From Octopus sinensis (taxonomy: Eukaryota), in assembly GCF_006345805.1 (NCBI RefSeq), contig NC_043005.1, positions 806,001-870,000 of the forward strand: a DNA stretch of 64,000 bases, in the 5' to 3' direction. The translations under genes were made by a program, and so were the position numbers. Positions 43,221 to 57,764 of the stretch are shown here, in pieces. Numbering within the stretch: the first letter of the stretch is position 1; every line of letters begins with the position of its first letter. The notes beneath the pieces were generated by a model. It ran no database searches, was not told where the DNA came from, and was given only the letters and a program-made list of their open reading frames with translations.

Positions 43221-44457
43221 TAAATAAAAAATAAAAATTTTCCCTCATGAAAAGCAGGAAACTTCAGTTAATGTGTCATTGCAGTGGTGTCTAGACGACC
43301 CGTTTGAATAATTGTTTTTCTTTTTTTTTTAAAAAAAAAGCATGTAAATTTTTGTTACAGCTCTTTGTAGTTTCTAGCTTAACAACATCAAACACTAACG
43401 GAAAAACAGAAGAAAAGGAAAAATAAGAAAAAGGTTTTATTGAAATGAACTGAATACATCTCGTTGAAACTGATCAAACCCCGTAGGTAGGCGAAACTCT
43501 GCTTTGTGATGAATCTCACGTGACTCAACGACGTCTTTGACTGTCTGGAGCAGGACATTGTAGCAATTAGAAAAGAGAAGGGGAAAAAAGACTGTTAATG
43601 TTACACTTCAAGCATATAATATGTTGTTTTGTGTGAGAGGGGAGAGAGAGAGAGAAAGGATCACTTTAGAGTCGACATGCCGAGAAATTCTGTTTCTCCC
43701 TTTCTTTCACTAAGAAATACTTATTAATTAATATGCGCCCAGTGACCGCCCATTCTCACCATAGAATACTTTTTCGTTGATATTTTTATTTTTAGGTATC
43801 TTTCGGTGTAAAACCCGGTTCTCTCATCACTGACTTGCTGTATTTATGCACGTCTCGCTATTTTCAAACTAACTATATTATTAAAATCTTCACGTTCACT
43901 CTATTAACCACAGATAGTTCCATCCCCTTTCAAAATAGCATGAAAGTTTACAATCAGATGATATTACAAAGATGAATTACATTGAGATATAATTTCTCTA
44001 CATATTTTAATTAATTATTTATTTCTAGGTTTCTTTGCACCTCTTTCTTTTCTTTTTTCCGCCGGCGAAGATCAGAATAATCTGCGATTGTCTTCCGGTC
44101 ATATTGGGAAATATTGATTACAGAATTTCAATTTTTTACCAAGAAATAATAGCGCAATTCCAGAATTTCTGTCTTATGGGAATAATTCTTTTGGATTCTA
44201 ATTTGTTTGTATGAAATAATGTTCTACATCATAAATCTCACTTGGAAACGATTCTAAAAAATTTTTGATTCACGACTGGATAAAATATTTAGGCCCCGAG
44301 CCACTGAATTAATTTTTTCAAGAAACTCATGATGAATCTACTTCTCTCAAAATATTTTTCTTTGTTGAAACCAATCATGAAACAAACGCGACTTATTTCA
44401 CAAAGCTAGCTGTTGTAACATACACCAAACTACTAATTTTACCAATCATTCTCCTAC
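43221..44457. repeat. Copy 1 of a near-identical 1.2 kb duplication, promoter-like
   Basis: Matches 58667-59870 almost base for base, except a ~31-bp indel near 43890-43925 and homopolymer lengths. Confidence 0.95.
43516..43535. promoter_or_regulatory. Overlapping E-box (TCACGTGA), AP-1 (TGACTCA) and CRE-like (GACGTC) motifs; also present in copy 2 near 58962
   Basis: tcacgtgactcaacgacgtc in CpG-retaining sequence. Function is inferred only. Confidence 0.35.
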
Positions 44458-45104
44458 TCTCAATTACCAGTTTCTGAACTTTAATGAAAAGCAAATTCTA
44501 TTTTAAAAAAAGTAAGTTGTATAATAATCGTAGCAGAGAACTTCAACGTATTCCATGTGCATCAAAGTTCTTGTAAGTATTAATTAGTTGAAACAATTTT
44601 ACGTTAGATCAGCGTAATGTTAACCAGGATCATGTGCATATATTCATTTTATCTTCACCTACCCAGCTTTTACATATCTCCTTGAAGTTTGTTTCAGACA
44701 ATATTAATCTAGGGGCATTCTATAATTGTTTCGCGTGCTTTTATACATATATGTGCGTGCGTGCACACACATTTCCATACGTATACATATTGTTTTCATG
44801 ACCTGTGGGTCTGAGAAATTTTTGTGACAGATTTTCTGGGGCCAGTGCCCTTCTTGTTTCCCAGTAGGGATGCGATTTCTTTGATGGTGACACTCCTTTA
44901 GAACTATCACATACTGTCAAAGAGAAGGGAGCACAAACATAGACTTCTTTCAGTTTACAAATCTACCAAATCCATTCTCAAGGTATTGGTTTTCCCAAGG
45001 CACCATGCATTGAGATAGAACCTGAAGTGGTGTGGTTGGGAAAGGAACTTCTTCACCTCACACACACACATACTCATACACACAAACACATGCACACACA
45101 CATA

Positions 45105-46258
45105 TATGCAGGCTGTTCGGCTCCTTTTTCAAGGACCTGCTTGATGTATTTGGTGAAGAGTTAGTGGTGCTGGAGAGCATGAAGATTAAACTTGTAGTTG
45201 CAAAGACATTAGCTTACACGGAAAACTGCAACCATCTGAATATTGGAAACGAGTTATCTTTATAATGAGGGTTCATGCCAGGTATCAAAATGCTGACATT
45301 GTGACTGCTGGTCACTGCTCTGTAAAGGCTGTAGGATATGACATGGACATCTGCAACAGAGCGGGAAGGGATGTGGCAGATGTTCTGCTGGACAAGCTAG
45401 TTGGAAGATCTGAGTGATGGAATCTAGGTTTTAGCAAGAGAGATTAGTGTTGGAGTGGCCACCACGAAGCTGGCCCTGAATGAGGACCTTTGCTACTATT
45501 TGTACAAAAGGTGCAAGAAGCAAATTCTGACAGCCAAGGCCAAGGAGGGCTGCTTGATGAAAGAAGCTCCTAAACAAGCTTAGGCAGCCTTTTAAGCCAC
45601 GTATCTGGTTCTTTTCAAACGAAAAGAACTTCTGCCAGCACCAGTTACACAACACTCAGAACAACACATGGTTTGTCTACAATCCACATGATTTCCCATA
45701 TATCATGAAAAACCGGTTTTCCCAAACTGTGATGGTATTTGAATATGGCCTTAGGCTCAATTGTTTGTATGAAACTACTGGACAGTGTGGTCAATCCATA
45801 GTTGGAGAAGATTGCTGTTGGAAGGTCTTATGTATATATGACTTCGAGATTCCATTCCTTACCATACCAGAAAGAGTCAGAAATAGTTGTTGGAGAATTT
45901 CTAAAACTTCACTAGTTCCAATTTCTAGCTTCCTAATTCCCCCAGTTGTAATCTCATGGATTACTATGTGTGAGTTGCAGTTGAGAAAGACCCCAACTGC
46001 TCTAGCTGCAACACCAACGCCTAACTGGTGGCCAAGATCAAGGTGTTGAAAGATTATCTCTGGGACACAGTGAGGAATACATGCACCAGGTTCTGTGGAG
46101 CCATCTTAGACTGTGGTGAAGGTTGAAGGTGACTACTTTTAGAAAACCATTTTCACCCATCCATAATAGATTTACCATTTAAAAAAACTTTTGGATGGGA
46201 TTTTACATGTTCTTTTCCTTTCATATAAACTGTCAAATTTAACTTGAACATCCTGTAT
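45105..46258 (+). mobile_element. Tc1/mariner-superfamily transposon remnant (maT/DD37D-like)
   Basis: WFFSNEKNF....HNTQNNTW, KTGFPQTVMVF and LPNSPSCNLMDYYV motifs; short TIR match (caggctgttc left, gaacatcctgta right). Confidence 0.7.
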
Positions 46259-47044
46259 ATACATAGGCTCATCATTGTTTTAGTGTCCATTTTTCTGTGT
46301 TTGCATGGGTCAGATGGAATTCATTGAGGCAGATTTTTTTATGACTAAATGCCCTTGTTGCAAACCAACACCTGACACTAAGGAAGGGATTATTATCCCT
46401 ATAGCCCCAGACATGCATTACAGAAGATTGCAAATAAATGACTGCCTGTACGACTGTAACACATATTTACAACTATGTTGTGATACAAAGAATTGAGCTT
46501 CTTCATCTCTGTACAATGACATTATATCTTCCATACAAAGATGAGACCATTCCCCATTGTTTTCACAATAGATGTTGTATGATGGGTTGTTTTGAAGTTT
46601 TTGGCTCTGAATTTTCTGCTTCGTTTTATTATGACTATTGTTTCTTTTTATATTAAATTGTTTGGATGATTCTGTAATATATTAATTTTCACTTTCTGAG
46701 AAATTCAATATCTTGACATTTGAAGTTAAACAAAAGCCAAAATAGAAATAACACCCAATTAAAGGAAATTGGATGGAGGAAAATTTATTAACACATTACA
46801 AGATATAATTCTCAAATGGCCAAAACCTTTCCAAAATAGCTGATGAATGTTATTACATTCATATGCCTGATGGTTATCACTGCTTTTATTGTTTCCAAAT
46901 GTAAGTTGTTTTATTATTAATAATATTATACTGCTTTTATTTATAACCAGTAAATTCTGTAATATCTACAAGACACAAATTTCTTATGGAGAACTATAAT
47001 CTACTTAGATTTGTTTAATCATTTTATTATTATAATCATTATTA

Positions 47045-47235
47045 AGGCGGTGAGCTGGCAGAATCGTTAGCACGCTGGGCGACATGCTTAGCAGTATTTT
47101 GTCCATCTTTACATTCTGAGTTCAAATTCTGCTGAGTCAGTCCTTTCAGAGTCAATAAAATTTGTACCAGTTGAGCACTGGTAACTGACTTACCCACTTC
47201 TCTAAAATTGCTGACCTTGTGTGAAAGTGTGAAAC
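47045..47235 (+). mobile_element. tRNA-derived SINE
   Basis: ggcggtgagctggcagaatcgttagcacg...gagttcaaattc. Confidence 0.75.
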
Positions 47236-47699
47236 TATTATTAGTAGTAGTACAGTAATCCCTTGACAGTACTCTACTGTATGTTTATTTTTATAATTTG
47301 TATATAATAGAGAATAAAACTTTTAAAAAAAGTTTTATCTGTGGCCAGCTTATAAAAAAGAAAAACGATTAAGGTGAAACTTTATGTATAATTATAATTA
47401 CTTTATTATTTCATTTCATTGTCTATCTATGTAAACACAGTTTAATCTTCCATGGCATATGTTTAGAAAAAACAAAAACTTCAGATCCCTTCGCTCAATC
47501 CAGCTCTTTCACGCTCATTTATTATCGTCATTTATTCATTCATTTATCTAATTTTGTCACAGTTTGGCTGACCGAAAAACTGTTGGTCATAGCCCTAGTT
47601 AAGAATTCAAATGCCCAATTCCATCTCATTATTATCATCAATATTCTCTCACACCAACAGCCTGAGTTTTTGCTGTTTTGTAGTGCTTGTGCCCTTCCC

Positions 47700-50600
47700 A
47701 CCCCACCACCTGTACCAGAAGTCTCTATCCTCTGGCCTTTATCAGATGTCTCTCCCATGAACACCTTCAAAGGCTTAATGTTCCCTCATCCTTACTTAGA
47801 GTTTATCTCCTATGTAATGTAGTGATTATGTAACACATAAAATGATGGTGTAGTGTACGCAGGTTGAAGGCTATTGTATGTTTATCAGTTCTGCCAAATG
47901 CGAGCTTTCTTTTCAGGTACATGACACTGCTGTTCCCCTTCCCAGGGTCTCGCGGGCACACCTCCCACACTCTCAGAGTTGGCACACTTAATGTTAGGTC
48001 TGGTGAGATTGTTGAAATGCTTGAACAGAGACGTGTAGATTTGTGCTGCATCCAAGAAGTAAGGTGGAGAGGAAGTTCTGTTTGGTTCCTCACAGGTAAA
48101 CAGCATAGGTATAAGATTGTCTGGGCAGGGAACACAGACAGGGTCAGGGGCATGGGTATACATCTTGCAGAGAAATGAATTAAGGTAATCCAGGTAGTCA
48201 GAGTCTAATAGAATACTTAAGATTAGATTAGTGCTGCAACATGGGTTGGCAACCATTATCTCGCTTTGTGCCCCTCAGCCAGAGCTACCTAATGAACAGA
48301 AAGACCGATTTTATGACACCCTCTTGAAGACTACTCATCAACGAATGACAGGGACCTTCAGTTTGTGGCTGGTGAATTCAATGAGCATGTTGGACAACAT
48401 GTAGTGGGGTGGCGTACATGGAGGCTATGGTTTTGGTTCCCACAATGAGGAGGGAACCAGGCTGCTGGAGTTCTGCAATGCAAATGATCTTATGGTTTGT
48501 AATACTAACTTCAGGAAACCTGCTATTCACCTATTGATCTGGTGGACACACTAGTCAAATTGATTACATCCTTGCCAGGCAGTGGGAAAGATGGCTACTT
48601 AAATGCCAAAACCTTTGCAGGTAAAGAATGCACCCCACAACATAGTTTAGTAGTTAGCGACTTCAGGATCAGGTTTAAATGGATGCCCAGAAGACGACCA
48701 GCATAGAGAAGAAGGGTTTGGAAGTTTAAGGATCCTGTGAATGGACAGAAATTTAGAGATGTATTACTCAAAGCTTTTGACAAAATAGAGAGGGATATAG
48801 CATTACATGATGTGGAAGACAACTGGAGGTTCCTACAGGACAACTTGTTGAGGGCTACTGACCAGATCTGTGGATAATGCAAAGCCCCCTCTGGATCCAA
48901 GGTAACGTGGTGGTGGAACAATGTAGTTGACAGGGCTATTAGGGAAAAGAAACAGGTATGGAAGGACTGGAAGAAAGGTGGTAGCAGGGAATTGTATCAA
49001 GACAAGGAAAAACACCCGGCTCATCAGGAATCACCGCAGAGATGCTTCAAATATCAGGTGGTGTCAGCTATAGTCTAGTCACCCGTATAGTCAATCAGGT
49101 GATACATGAAGGAGTCATACCCAGTGACTGGTGTAGCAGTACCATAGTCAACTGCTACAAAGGTAAAGGTGATGCATTAGATATGAATATTTACAGAGGT
49201 ATCAAGTCATTGAATCAGATAATGAAAGTCATGGACGAAGTCCCAATTTGGGAGAGAGTCAGTTTAGACGAGATGCAGTTTGGGTTCGTGCCAGGGAAAA
49301 GCACCACTGATGCTTTATTTCTGGTAGACAGCTGCAGGATAGATACCTAGCCAAAGATAAGCCTCTGTACCTGGCTTTTGTTGACATGGAGAAAGCCTTT
49401 CACTGGCTACTCAATCCTTTATCTGGTGGTCAATGTGGAAACTAGGGATAGATTAGTGGTTAGTGAGAGATGTACAAGCCATGTACAGGGATGCTGTCAT
49501 TAAGGTGAGTGTTGGCAACTAGTACAGTGAAGAATTCCAAGTAGGAGTAGGGGTCCACCAAGGATCAGTTCCCAGGTCCCTCTTATTCATCATAGTCCTC
49601 CAGGCAATAACAAAGGAATTCAAGACAGGATACCCTGGAGCTTCTAAGGTGAGTGTTGGCAACTAGTACAGTGAAGAATTCCAAGTAGGAGTAGGGGTCC
49701 ACCCAAGGATCAGTTCCCAGTGAGGGCTAACTGGGAAGATAGTTTTTGTGTGTGGCAAATGCTCAGGAGCATTAAACACTGAAAATGTGCTGAAAACAGC
49801 CTCCATCACATGCCAGGGAGAAAAACTACTAGTTCATAGTTTCTGTTACCTAGGTGACCAAGTCAGTAGTGGGGATGGATGCTCTAAGAGTGTAGCTGCT
49901 AGAATAAGAATAGTCTGGTCAAAGTTCAGAGAGCTCCTACCTCTGCTGGTGACAAAAGGCTCCTCACTCAGAATAGAAAGTAGACTGTATGACGCATGTG
50001 TGTGAACAGCCATGCTACATGGCAGTGAAACATGGGCCATGACTGCTGAAGACATGTGTCAGTTTGCAAGGAATGAAGCCAGTATGCTCCGCTGGATGTG
50101 TAATGTCAGTGTGCGTACTCGACAGAGTGTAAGCACCCTGAGAGAAAAGTTGGACATAAGAAGCATGAGATGTGGTGTGCAAAAGAGACGACTGCACTGG
50201 TATGGTCATGTGTTGCATATGGATGAGGACAGCTGTGTGAAAAAGTGTCACACCCTAATAGCGGGGGGAACCTGTGGAAGGGGCAGATCCAGAAAGACCT
50301 GGGATGAGGTGGTGAAACATGACCTATGAATGTTGGGCCTCACAGAGGCAATGACTAGTGACTGAGACCTTTGGAAACATGCTGTGCTTGAGAAGACCCG
50401 GCAAGCCAAGTGAGACTGTAACCATGGCCTATGCCAGTGCAGCATAACTGGCCCACTTAAGAGTACCCTTCAATCATTGGGCAATAAACTGCGCTTGCAA
50501 ACATCTGTTGAGTCAAGTGAAGTCATTGTTGTGGCTGATGACAGTACCACATGATTGGCACCTGTACCAGTGGCACATAAAAAGCACCATTCAAGCGTGG

Positions 50601-50925
50601 TCAATGCCAGTGCTGCTTGGCTGGTCCTGTGGCAGTGGCACATAAAAAGCACCATTTGAGCATGATCATTGCCAGTGACGCCTGACTGGCTCCCATGCCG
50701 GTGGTATGTAAAAAGCACCATCCAAACGTGGTCGATGCCACTGTCACCTGACTGGCTCCCATGCTGGTGGCTCATAAAAACCACCCACTACACTCTCGGA
50801 GTGGTTGGCGTTAGGAAGGGCATCCAGATCAGATTGGAGCCTGGTGCAACCTTCTGGCTTGCCAGCCCTCAGCCAAACCGTCCAATCCAGAAAGCGGATG
50901 TGAAACAATGATTATTATTATTATT
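47700..50925 (+). mobile_element. Older near full-length RTE copy with deletions and an internal tandem duplication
   Basis: APE start HTSHTLRVGTLNV, RT pieces, a ~75-bp duplication (aaggtgagtgttggcaac...ggatcagttcccag at ~49502 and ~49647), 3' UTR units and an (ATT)n tail. Confidence 0.9.
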
Positions 50926-52149
50926 ATGTTAATTTCCTTCAGCTTTATTGTGCTTGTATTGTAATGGAAGTTAAGGATATTCTGAAAGCATACACCTTTT
51001 ACAAGATTACTTATTAATATTATTGACATCATTCATTAAGTGGATAAATTTGTATTTTACCTTACTCAACCTGGCAGAAATCACAGCTAAATAAACCCTA
51101 TAATCACACCCTCATATTTTACCAACCTAACATAGAACAACACAAAGATGACTGCCAATTTTGGCTTTCACAGAGCCAGATCCGTTGGTGCCATAGCCTT
51201 GAATGTCACTCACCAATTGATCTCACTTTAAAGAAGTTCAGTGAAAGCAATGTTGACCATATCTGGCCATATGCAAAATCTATCAAAACTTCTCAACTTT
51301 CAATGATGTGATCTAAGATATGAGAGATTGCTGCAGCCGTGTTTCATATTTTGAATCACATCATGATGGAGCTCTTTCTGTTTCACTTTTGTACTCCACT
51401 CTCTTCTTTCTATACATTGACTTAGTTGCTGCTACATCTAATATAACACAGCTTTTCATCCCTCCCTACCTTTTTCCTATCATGTATCATCTACAGTGGA
51501 TGTGCATCTTTCACTGGTATAGTTGTGACAGTAAGAAAGGGGTTGAAAAAGTTTAAAGAGCTACTTCCCTGCAACCAACAAATAGTTTGTTTCTCAAAGA
51601 GAAAAACCATACAATGTATATTGCTGTGAACCTTGAACAGAAGGGATCTGTGAAAATTAGAATACTTTGCTGCAGGTGTAATACTAATGTGGCAAAATAC
51701 AAATGAGCTGGATATAAAAGAGATTTTGTAATATACTACAGTTTAAGCCAAGTTTATACTTTAGATTTTTTTTTTTACATATTACCACTGTATATTATTT
51801 GAGCACTCCCCTTCTCATTAAAGAAATTCGGATAAAAATTAGTTTTAAGATTAGGGTGGAAGATTAGCCTTGAATTACAAAAGCTGTTAAATAGCCACAT
51901 GAAATAAATCAGAGGACCATAGTCGTGAAATTAACTTAATATATTTGACTTGTTTCACTAGATTATCATTATTGTGATTTCTAAACCCAAGATGCCAAAT
52001 AATTGTTATCTGAAGTTAAAGTGGCTTCCACAAGTTTAGTGGAGACAGTCTTTAGGTTTGGAAATAACATTTTGCTGATAATATTGATGTATTACTAAAG
52101 AAACTTGTAAGTTTGCTGTTGAGTGTGGATAGTGATTGATTACACCCTG

Positions 52150-53480
52150 GGTATATATACATCATCATTTTTCAATACTTCTCAATGCTTGCATGGGTCT
52201 TCTGCAACACAGTATTATACAGTTTTGTGCAATCCTTTCTGAAATTCATACTTTTGGGATCAGCATTAACAAATTCTTCCCATGTCTTCCCCTTCCATGT
52301 GGAATGATTGCACTTTATTCATCTACCATCCTTCATAGCTATTACATGTCTGTTCCAGATCATCTCCCTTGTTGTGTGTATCTGATTCTTTTTATACCCA
52401 ATTTTTCTCAGTTCATTTCTGCTCCTTTGTTTGTGCACACTAAAATTATACATTCAGTGAAGTATGCTTACCTCACTTTTTTGAAGCCTACACACACCCT
52501 GTACCATGCAGCTTCATATTATATGGTTTTTCATTTTGAGAGAGAGATCCTTTTTCTGTCAAGAGTAGTAATTATTCTGAATTTTTCCCACCCAGTTCTT
52601 ATTATGGCTACTATGCAGCTCCATTTCTAATTTGGTCACTTAACTCTTTGTAGGGAGTATTTGAAAGAATTCATTTTGCAGTTGTTTATGTTATGAAGTG
52701 ATCCTATAGACCTGCTTCTACAAAATATTTCTTCTAAGCCTGCCTGTGATCCCACTCTCCTTCTTATGCACCAATAGTTTACCCTGAGTATAGCATGTGG
52801 AATTCATAGTTATTTCTCTGTATCAAGCATGGTAGGAGAGTTCTGTCATTTTTCCTGCTATGTGAGACCTTTGTTGTTTTCCATATTTATTTCGAGACCT
52901 TTCAGCTGTAGATTTTGCTTCTGTGCTTGGAATTTCTTCACTAAATTTTGTTAGGTTCAACTGTGAGAACTAGGTTACTGGCATACAGGAATTGCCAGTC
53001 ATAAATATTTCTTGTAACTATAATGAACAGAAGATGGCTGTGGAGCAAACTCTAATGGACAAGGCCTACCATGCTAAGTTTTTCATTTAACTCACCTAAC
53101 TGATGCCATATCTGGATATGGTTTACACAGTTCTCAATCCATTCATTTACAGAGCATGGCATCCTAAACACATTCTCCATGAACTCAAGCCAGTAGCAGT
53201 GGATTGCTCTTAACTAAGAACTTCTCTAGTTGTGCAACTAAGAAGAGAGTATTTGCAGCATCTTATTCTGGCACAAACTCAAACAGCATATCATAGAAGA
53301 TAATTCTATTCCTAATTAGTTGTATTATAATTCTGTTGCTTTTGTCATTTGATTCGTCACTTTGATGCTCCTCTATGTTGTAAGCAGCCATTTTCACCTC
53401 CTTGTTTTGGCTAAGGTAAGATTCAGATTTTATGCCTTTATTTTCCAGATTCTCTTGTATGTCTGACTCCATCTCATTCT
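52150..53480 (-). mobile_element. Ancient, heavily decayed RTE RT region
   Basis: IQLIRNRIIFYDMLFEFVPE*DAANTLFLVAQLEKFLVKSNPLLLA aligns with AQLIRERVSLDEMQFGFVPGKSTTDAIFLVRQLQEKYLAKDKPLYLA; also WQFLYASNLVL and KGKTWEEFVNAD. Confidence 0.7.
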
Positions 53481-54289
53481 TACTCTGATTTTAGTAATCA
53501 ATAAGGCAATTTTTTGTCAAAAGTTAAAATTCATAAAAATCTATGTTTCAAGGATAAAACCCCAAAATAAAGGTTTTTTTTTAATGATTAATCATCCTGA
53601 TGAAATATTTTTTGAAGTTAATAAAGTTAAAATAAGGTAAAAAAAATGAAATTTCACAAAAAAAAAAGAATCTTTTTTTATTAGTTAATAAAAAGAATAA
53701 ATAAATTCATTGATATATATTTTTATGTATAGATTAAACCTAAATTTGATGTATGTTTCTGCTAGTTTTTAGTAGAGCTGTTGAATTGGATTACCTTTTC
53801 AGAGCTATTTTTAAAACCCCTATGGCTTGTTCTACCCTTTCATGTTGAACATTATTTAACACCATGTGCATCCAGTGATTTGAATACAAACAAAAACCTA
53901 GCATGTCTGTATAGTTTTCCTGTAAGAGAAATTTCTGACTTCAAGATACTTTTACCAATATTAGTTATTGGTTATTGATGCCATCTGCATGAATTGGAAA
54001 GGAAATGCAAATAATCATTATTTGCTTTTCCTTTCCAATTCATGAAACATCTTGAAGAATTTTCTTGGAATATTTGTGTCCTGAATGGTGCATTATACCA
54101 GGCAACTTGTTTTCATCGATTTTTCTGTTTCTTACACTTACTACATTTTTTTAGTATTCCTCCTTATACTTTTGTTGGTTCGCATTAAAATCTTATTAGT
54201 AATCTTATTTGGACGATTATTGCTACCTCTATCATCCATCCTGTTATCTTCTTCCAGATACCAGTTATTAATATTATACCTATTGTAGA

Positions 54290-54495
54290 GCAGCAAGCTG
54301 GCAGAACTGTTAGCACACCAGGCAAAATGCTTAGTGGCATTTCAACTGCCTGTACGTTCTGAGTTCAAATTTCACTGAGGTTGACTTTACCCTTCATCTT
54401 TTTGAGGTTGATAAAATATGTACCAGGTCAATGTAATCAACCTAATGCCTTCTCCTGAAATTACTGGCCTTGTGCTAAAACTTGAAACCAATATT
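54290..54495 (+). mobile_element. Degraded tRNA-derived SINE
   Basis: gctggcagaactgttagcac...gagttcaaattt. Confidence 0.7.
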
Positions 54496-55234
54496 ATACC
54501 TGTTGTATTTGGGAGGTAGTGTAGGTATATCAGTGGATCTACTCAAACTAACGCTACTCGGAGAACTTTGACATTTATGTTCTTTTAATCAATTTCCCTT
54601 CTGTTGCCTAAAGATGTTTCCATGTCCATTGTTTCAACTTTACGACTTGTGTTATTAAATTTCCTATTATATTCATTAAAATAATCCTGGGAACTTTTTA
54701 TCCTGTTGTTATGGTAGTCACTAGAATTATAATTTGTCCACAGTTTAACATTATTATCCTTGACTGAATCACTATTTGGGATATATTTGATTTGTTCTTT
54801 GAAATGGTTTTCAGCTAGGGCTAGCTTCTAATATCTCTTATGCTGTTTTAAGATTGCTTCATTGGCTGAAATCTTTAACTGCTGTCATGCTGGGGTTCCA
54901 CCTGGAGAAACTTTAGTTGAACTAATCAACTCCAGTTCTTACTTTTTTTTCCTTCTTAAGCCTGGTACTTGTTCTATTGTTCTCTTTTGCTGGGGATGTA
55001 AGCACACACACAAGATGTGCTTCTTACAGTATCAAATCCACTCACAAGGCATTGGTCAGTCTGAGGCTATAGTAGAAGACACTTGCCTAAGGGGCAATGC
55101 AGTGGGAGTGAACATGGAACCATGTGGCTGGGAAGTAAACGTCTTACCACATAGCTTCAGCTGCTTAGAAATTCTAATTGAGACCCCCATGACTATAGAA
55201 TTTATAATGCATTTTGGATGATTTGAGTTGCAGC

Positions 55235-55480
55235 TGTGACTTAATGGTAGGGTATTCGGCTCACAATTCTAAAGTTGTGAGTTTGATTCCCGGCAGCATG
55301 TTGTGTCCTCGAGCAAACCCTTTATTTCATGTTACTCCAGTCCACTCAGCCGGCAAATATAAGTTGCACCTGTAATTCACATACTGTATCATGTTGAATC
55401 TCCCCAAGAACAATGTTAAGGGTACGTGTGTCTGTTCGGTTTATTAGATCAACTGAACCCTCATCTTTAAAGAGATAGAA
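55235..55480 (+). mobile_element. CORE-like tRNA SINE
   Basis: tRNA-like head, then gttgtgtcctcgagcaaaccctttatttcatgttactccagtccactcagc. Confidence 0.6.
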
Positions 55481-55850
55481 AGTCCAATCCATTAAAAAAA
55501 TTAATAAGATTTTCCTTTTACCATACAAGGTTCGTTTTGCTACAGTTATGGAGAGTGAATAAATGCATCATCCCAGTATAATCCTCACTCCAATTCAGGA
55601 AAATCTTTATTTAAGCACTTTAAAATGCATTTCCCAGTCACCTGTGCTGAGCTGCTCAACCCTATACAGATATGAAAATCAGTAGATTTATTCTTGCCAG
55701 TCCAAACTTTCACTCCTATTTAATAATTGTTTTCCTAGTTTCTAATATAATGTCAGCTTCATTCTTAGATAGCCAAGAGTTTTTCCTCACAAAAATGAGT
55801 GCCTTATTTAATAGGATAGGATTGATGGATGCCTAATAGTTTTAAAGAGC

Positions 55851-56240
55851 ATCATCATCATTGTTTAACGTCCGCTTCCCATGCTAGCATGGGTTGGACG
55901 ATTTTGACTGACAGCTGGTGAACTAGATGGCTGCACCAGGCTCCAATCTTGATCTGTCAGAGTTTCTACAGCTGGATGCCCTTCCTAACGCCAACCACTC
56001 CAAGAGTGTAGTGGGTGCTTTTTATGTGCCACCGGCACAGGGCCAGTCAGGCGGTACTGGCAATGACCTCACTCGAATCTTTTTTTACACATGCCACCGG
56101 CACAGGTGCCAGTAAGGCGACGCTGGTAATGATCATACTCGAATGGTGCCTTTTATGTGCCACCAACACGGAAGCCAGTTAGCTGCTCTGGCAACGATCA
56201 CGCTCAGATGGTGTTCTTGGCACTCTACTAGCATGGGCAC
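55851..56240 (-). mobile_element. RTE 3' UTR copy
   Basis: (CAT)n tail and reverse-complement hairpin units. Confidence 0.85.
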
Positions 56241-57764
56241 ATGAATCAAGTAGTTTTCTTATTCTTAATGTCCTTAAACTATTCCGGAATATATGTTTAT
56301 AAACACAGATATACGTAAAATTACACAGAGTTGAATTTCAATGATTGTTATGGTATTAAATAAAAATGGACCAACAATTTAAGTATAGTTAAACTTAATA
56401 TAAGAAATATGAAAATTAAATGTAGCAAGTAAGGAACAGCAGAAAGATAAAATGTCCAAGTGGATAGGATTTCAGAGGTATGAGTTTGGCGGGCAAAATT
56501 GTTCATTCAAAGATATGTGTGTTGTTTTAATCAATGTGAAAAGGTTTCCTTTTTCAGTAGTGTGCATGTGTGAGCAACATAAATATAAAAATAGAAAGAG
56601 ACAGAAAATGGAATATGAAATGTTACTATGTAGTTCTCCACTAGGAAGAGAAAATCTGCCTCTATTTATAGTTGTTCTGCTGAAAAAAAAAGAGGCTCCA
56701 GGATTTGAGTTGAGGTGTTTTCTGCTATTGTATCTACTGACTGAAAAAAAAAAGAGAAGAAAAATAGGTGACTTTTATTCCTCACTATCAGCGAGATACC
56801 TCTCATACACCACAATCAAGTCAGAAAAATAAAGGAATCCTTTGTTCATTGCACAAGTTCTCCCACCTACCAGAGCTTTCTGCTTCTCTTCTAAGATCTC
56901 CATCAACTTTATAGAAACCTTCTATCCACTGCATTTCATTCAATATAGTTTTGTTAGCAGCAAACCACCTGACAAATCTTCCACATTTTCTGCTTTTTCA
57001 TTTGTAGTTTCACACTGCAATACTAAAATAAACTCCTCCTCATAAACTCTCCTTGTTCATGTCCCCGTCTTACCATCACATACACATAACTGCCAAGAGG
57101 TTCCAGCATTGTCCCAGTCATTATTTTCAGATGATGCACTCTGGAGTTCGTTCCTCTTCTTGCTAAACTTATCAATCTCTCTGTAATGTGTCATGTTTCC
57201 AGCAGTCTCTTTCTTTTCTTTTAATGATACATGCATTTTAATACTTAGCTTTCCTCCTTATTAATTGCATGGGGCATTTCATGTTTGTGTTTATATTTAA
57301 TCATCACTACTTGTTTAATATGTCAAGGCAGTGTTGAAGTTCTTACATATCTCTGTCTTGGGGATGGTTGACATTGGAGTTCTCAGTTTGGTGATAGAAC
57401 AGGATATTTTGGGCTCCTGATGTATTGGGGCAGTGAAACCTTTTGTATTTTACTCTGAAGGAATGAATTTACTGAATGTGTTTGTTTGAAACTTAAGGCA
57501 ATCATGTACGCAAAGATAAGACAGTCACTCTCTGAATGTCACTTTCTATCCGCTCAATGATTTATGTCTAAAGTCCAATTATTTTGAGCAATTGAATCTT
57601 CAGTAGATAGTAATTTGAAAACACTGTTAACAACAACCAACTGATGTTCTAAAATTCATTGAAATCATAATTTGCGTGGGAAATCTAAAGTAAAACATAT
57701 TTATATATTGGTGGCCAGGTAGTCAACCAAACAAGACATGACCCACAGGTATGTTGTTTCAGGC

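Noticed and set aside
43484-43530. Hammerhead-like ctgatca...cgaaac, and box C-like gtgatga
   Set aside because: The core has C at the G8 position, stem III and the cleavage triplet do not form, and there is no nearby box D.
53263-53472. 69-aa ORF with an apparent splice acceptor, possible host exon
   Set aside because: It aligns with the RT region of the RTE family, so it is a decayed LINE.
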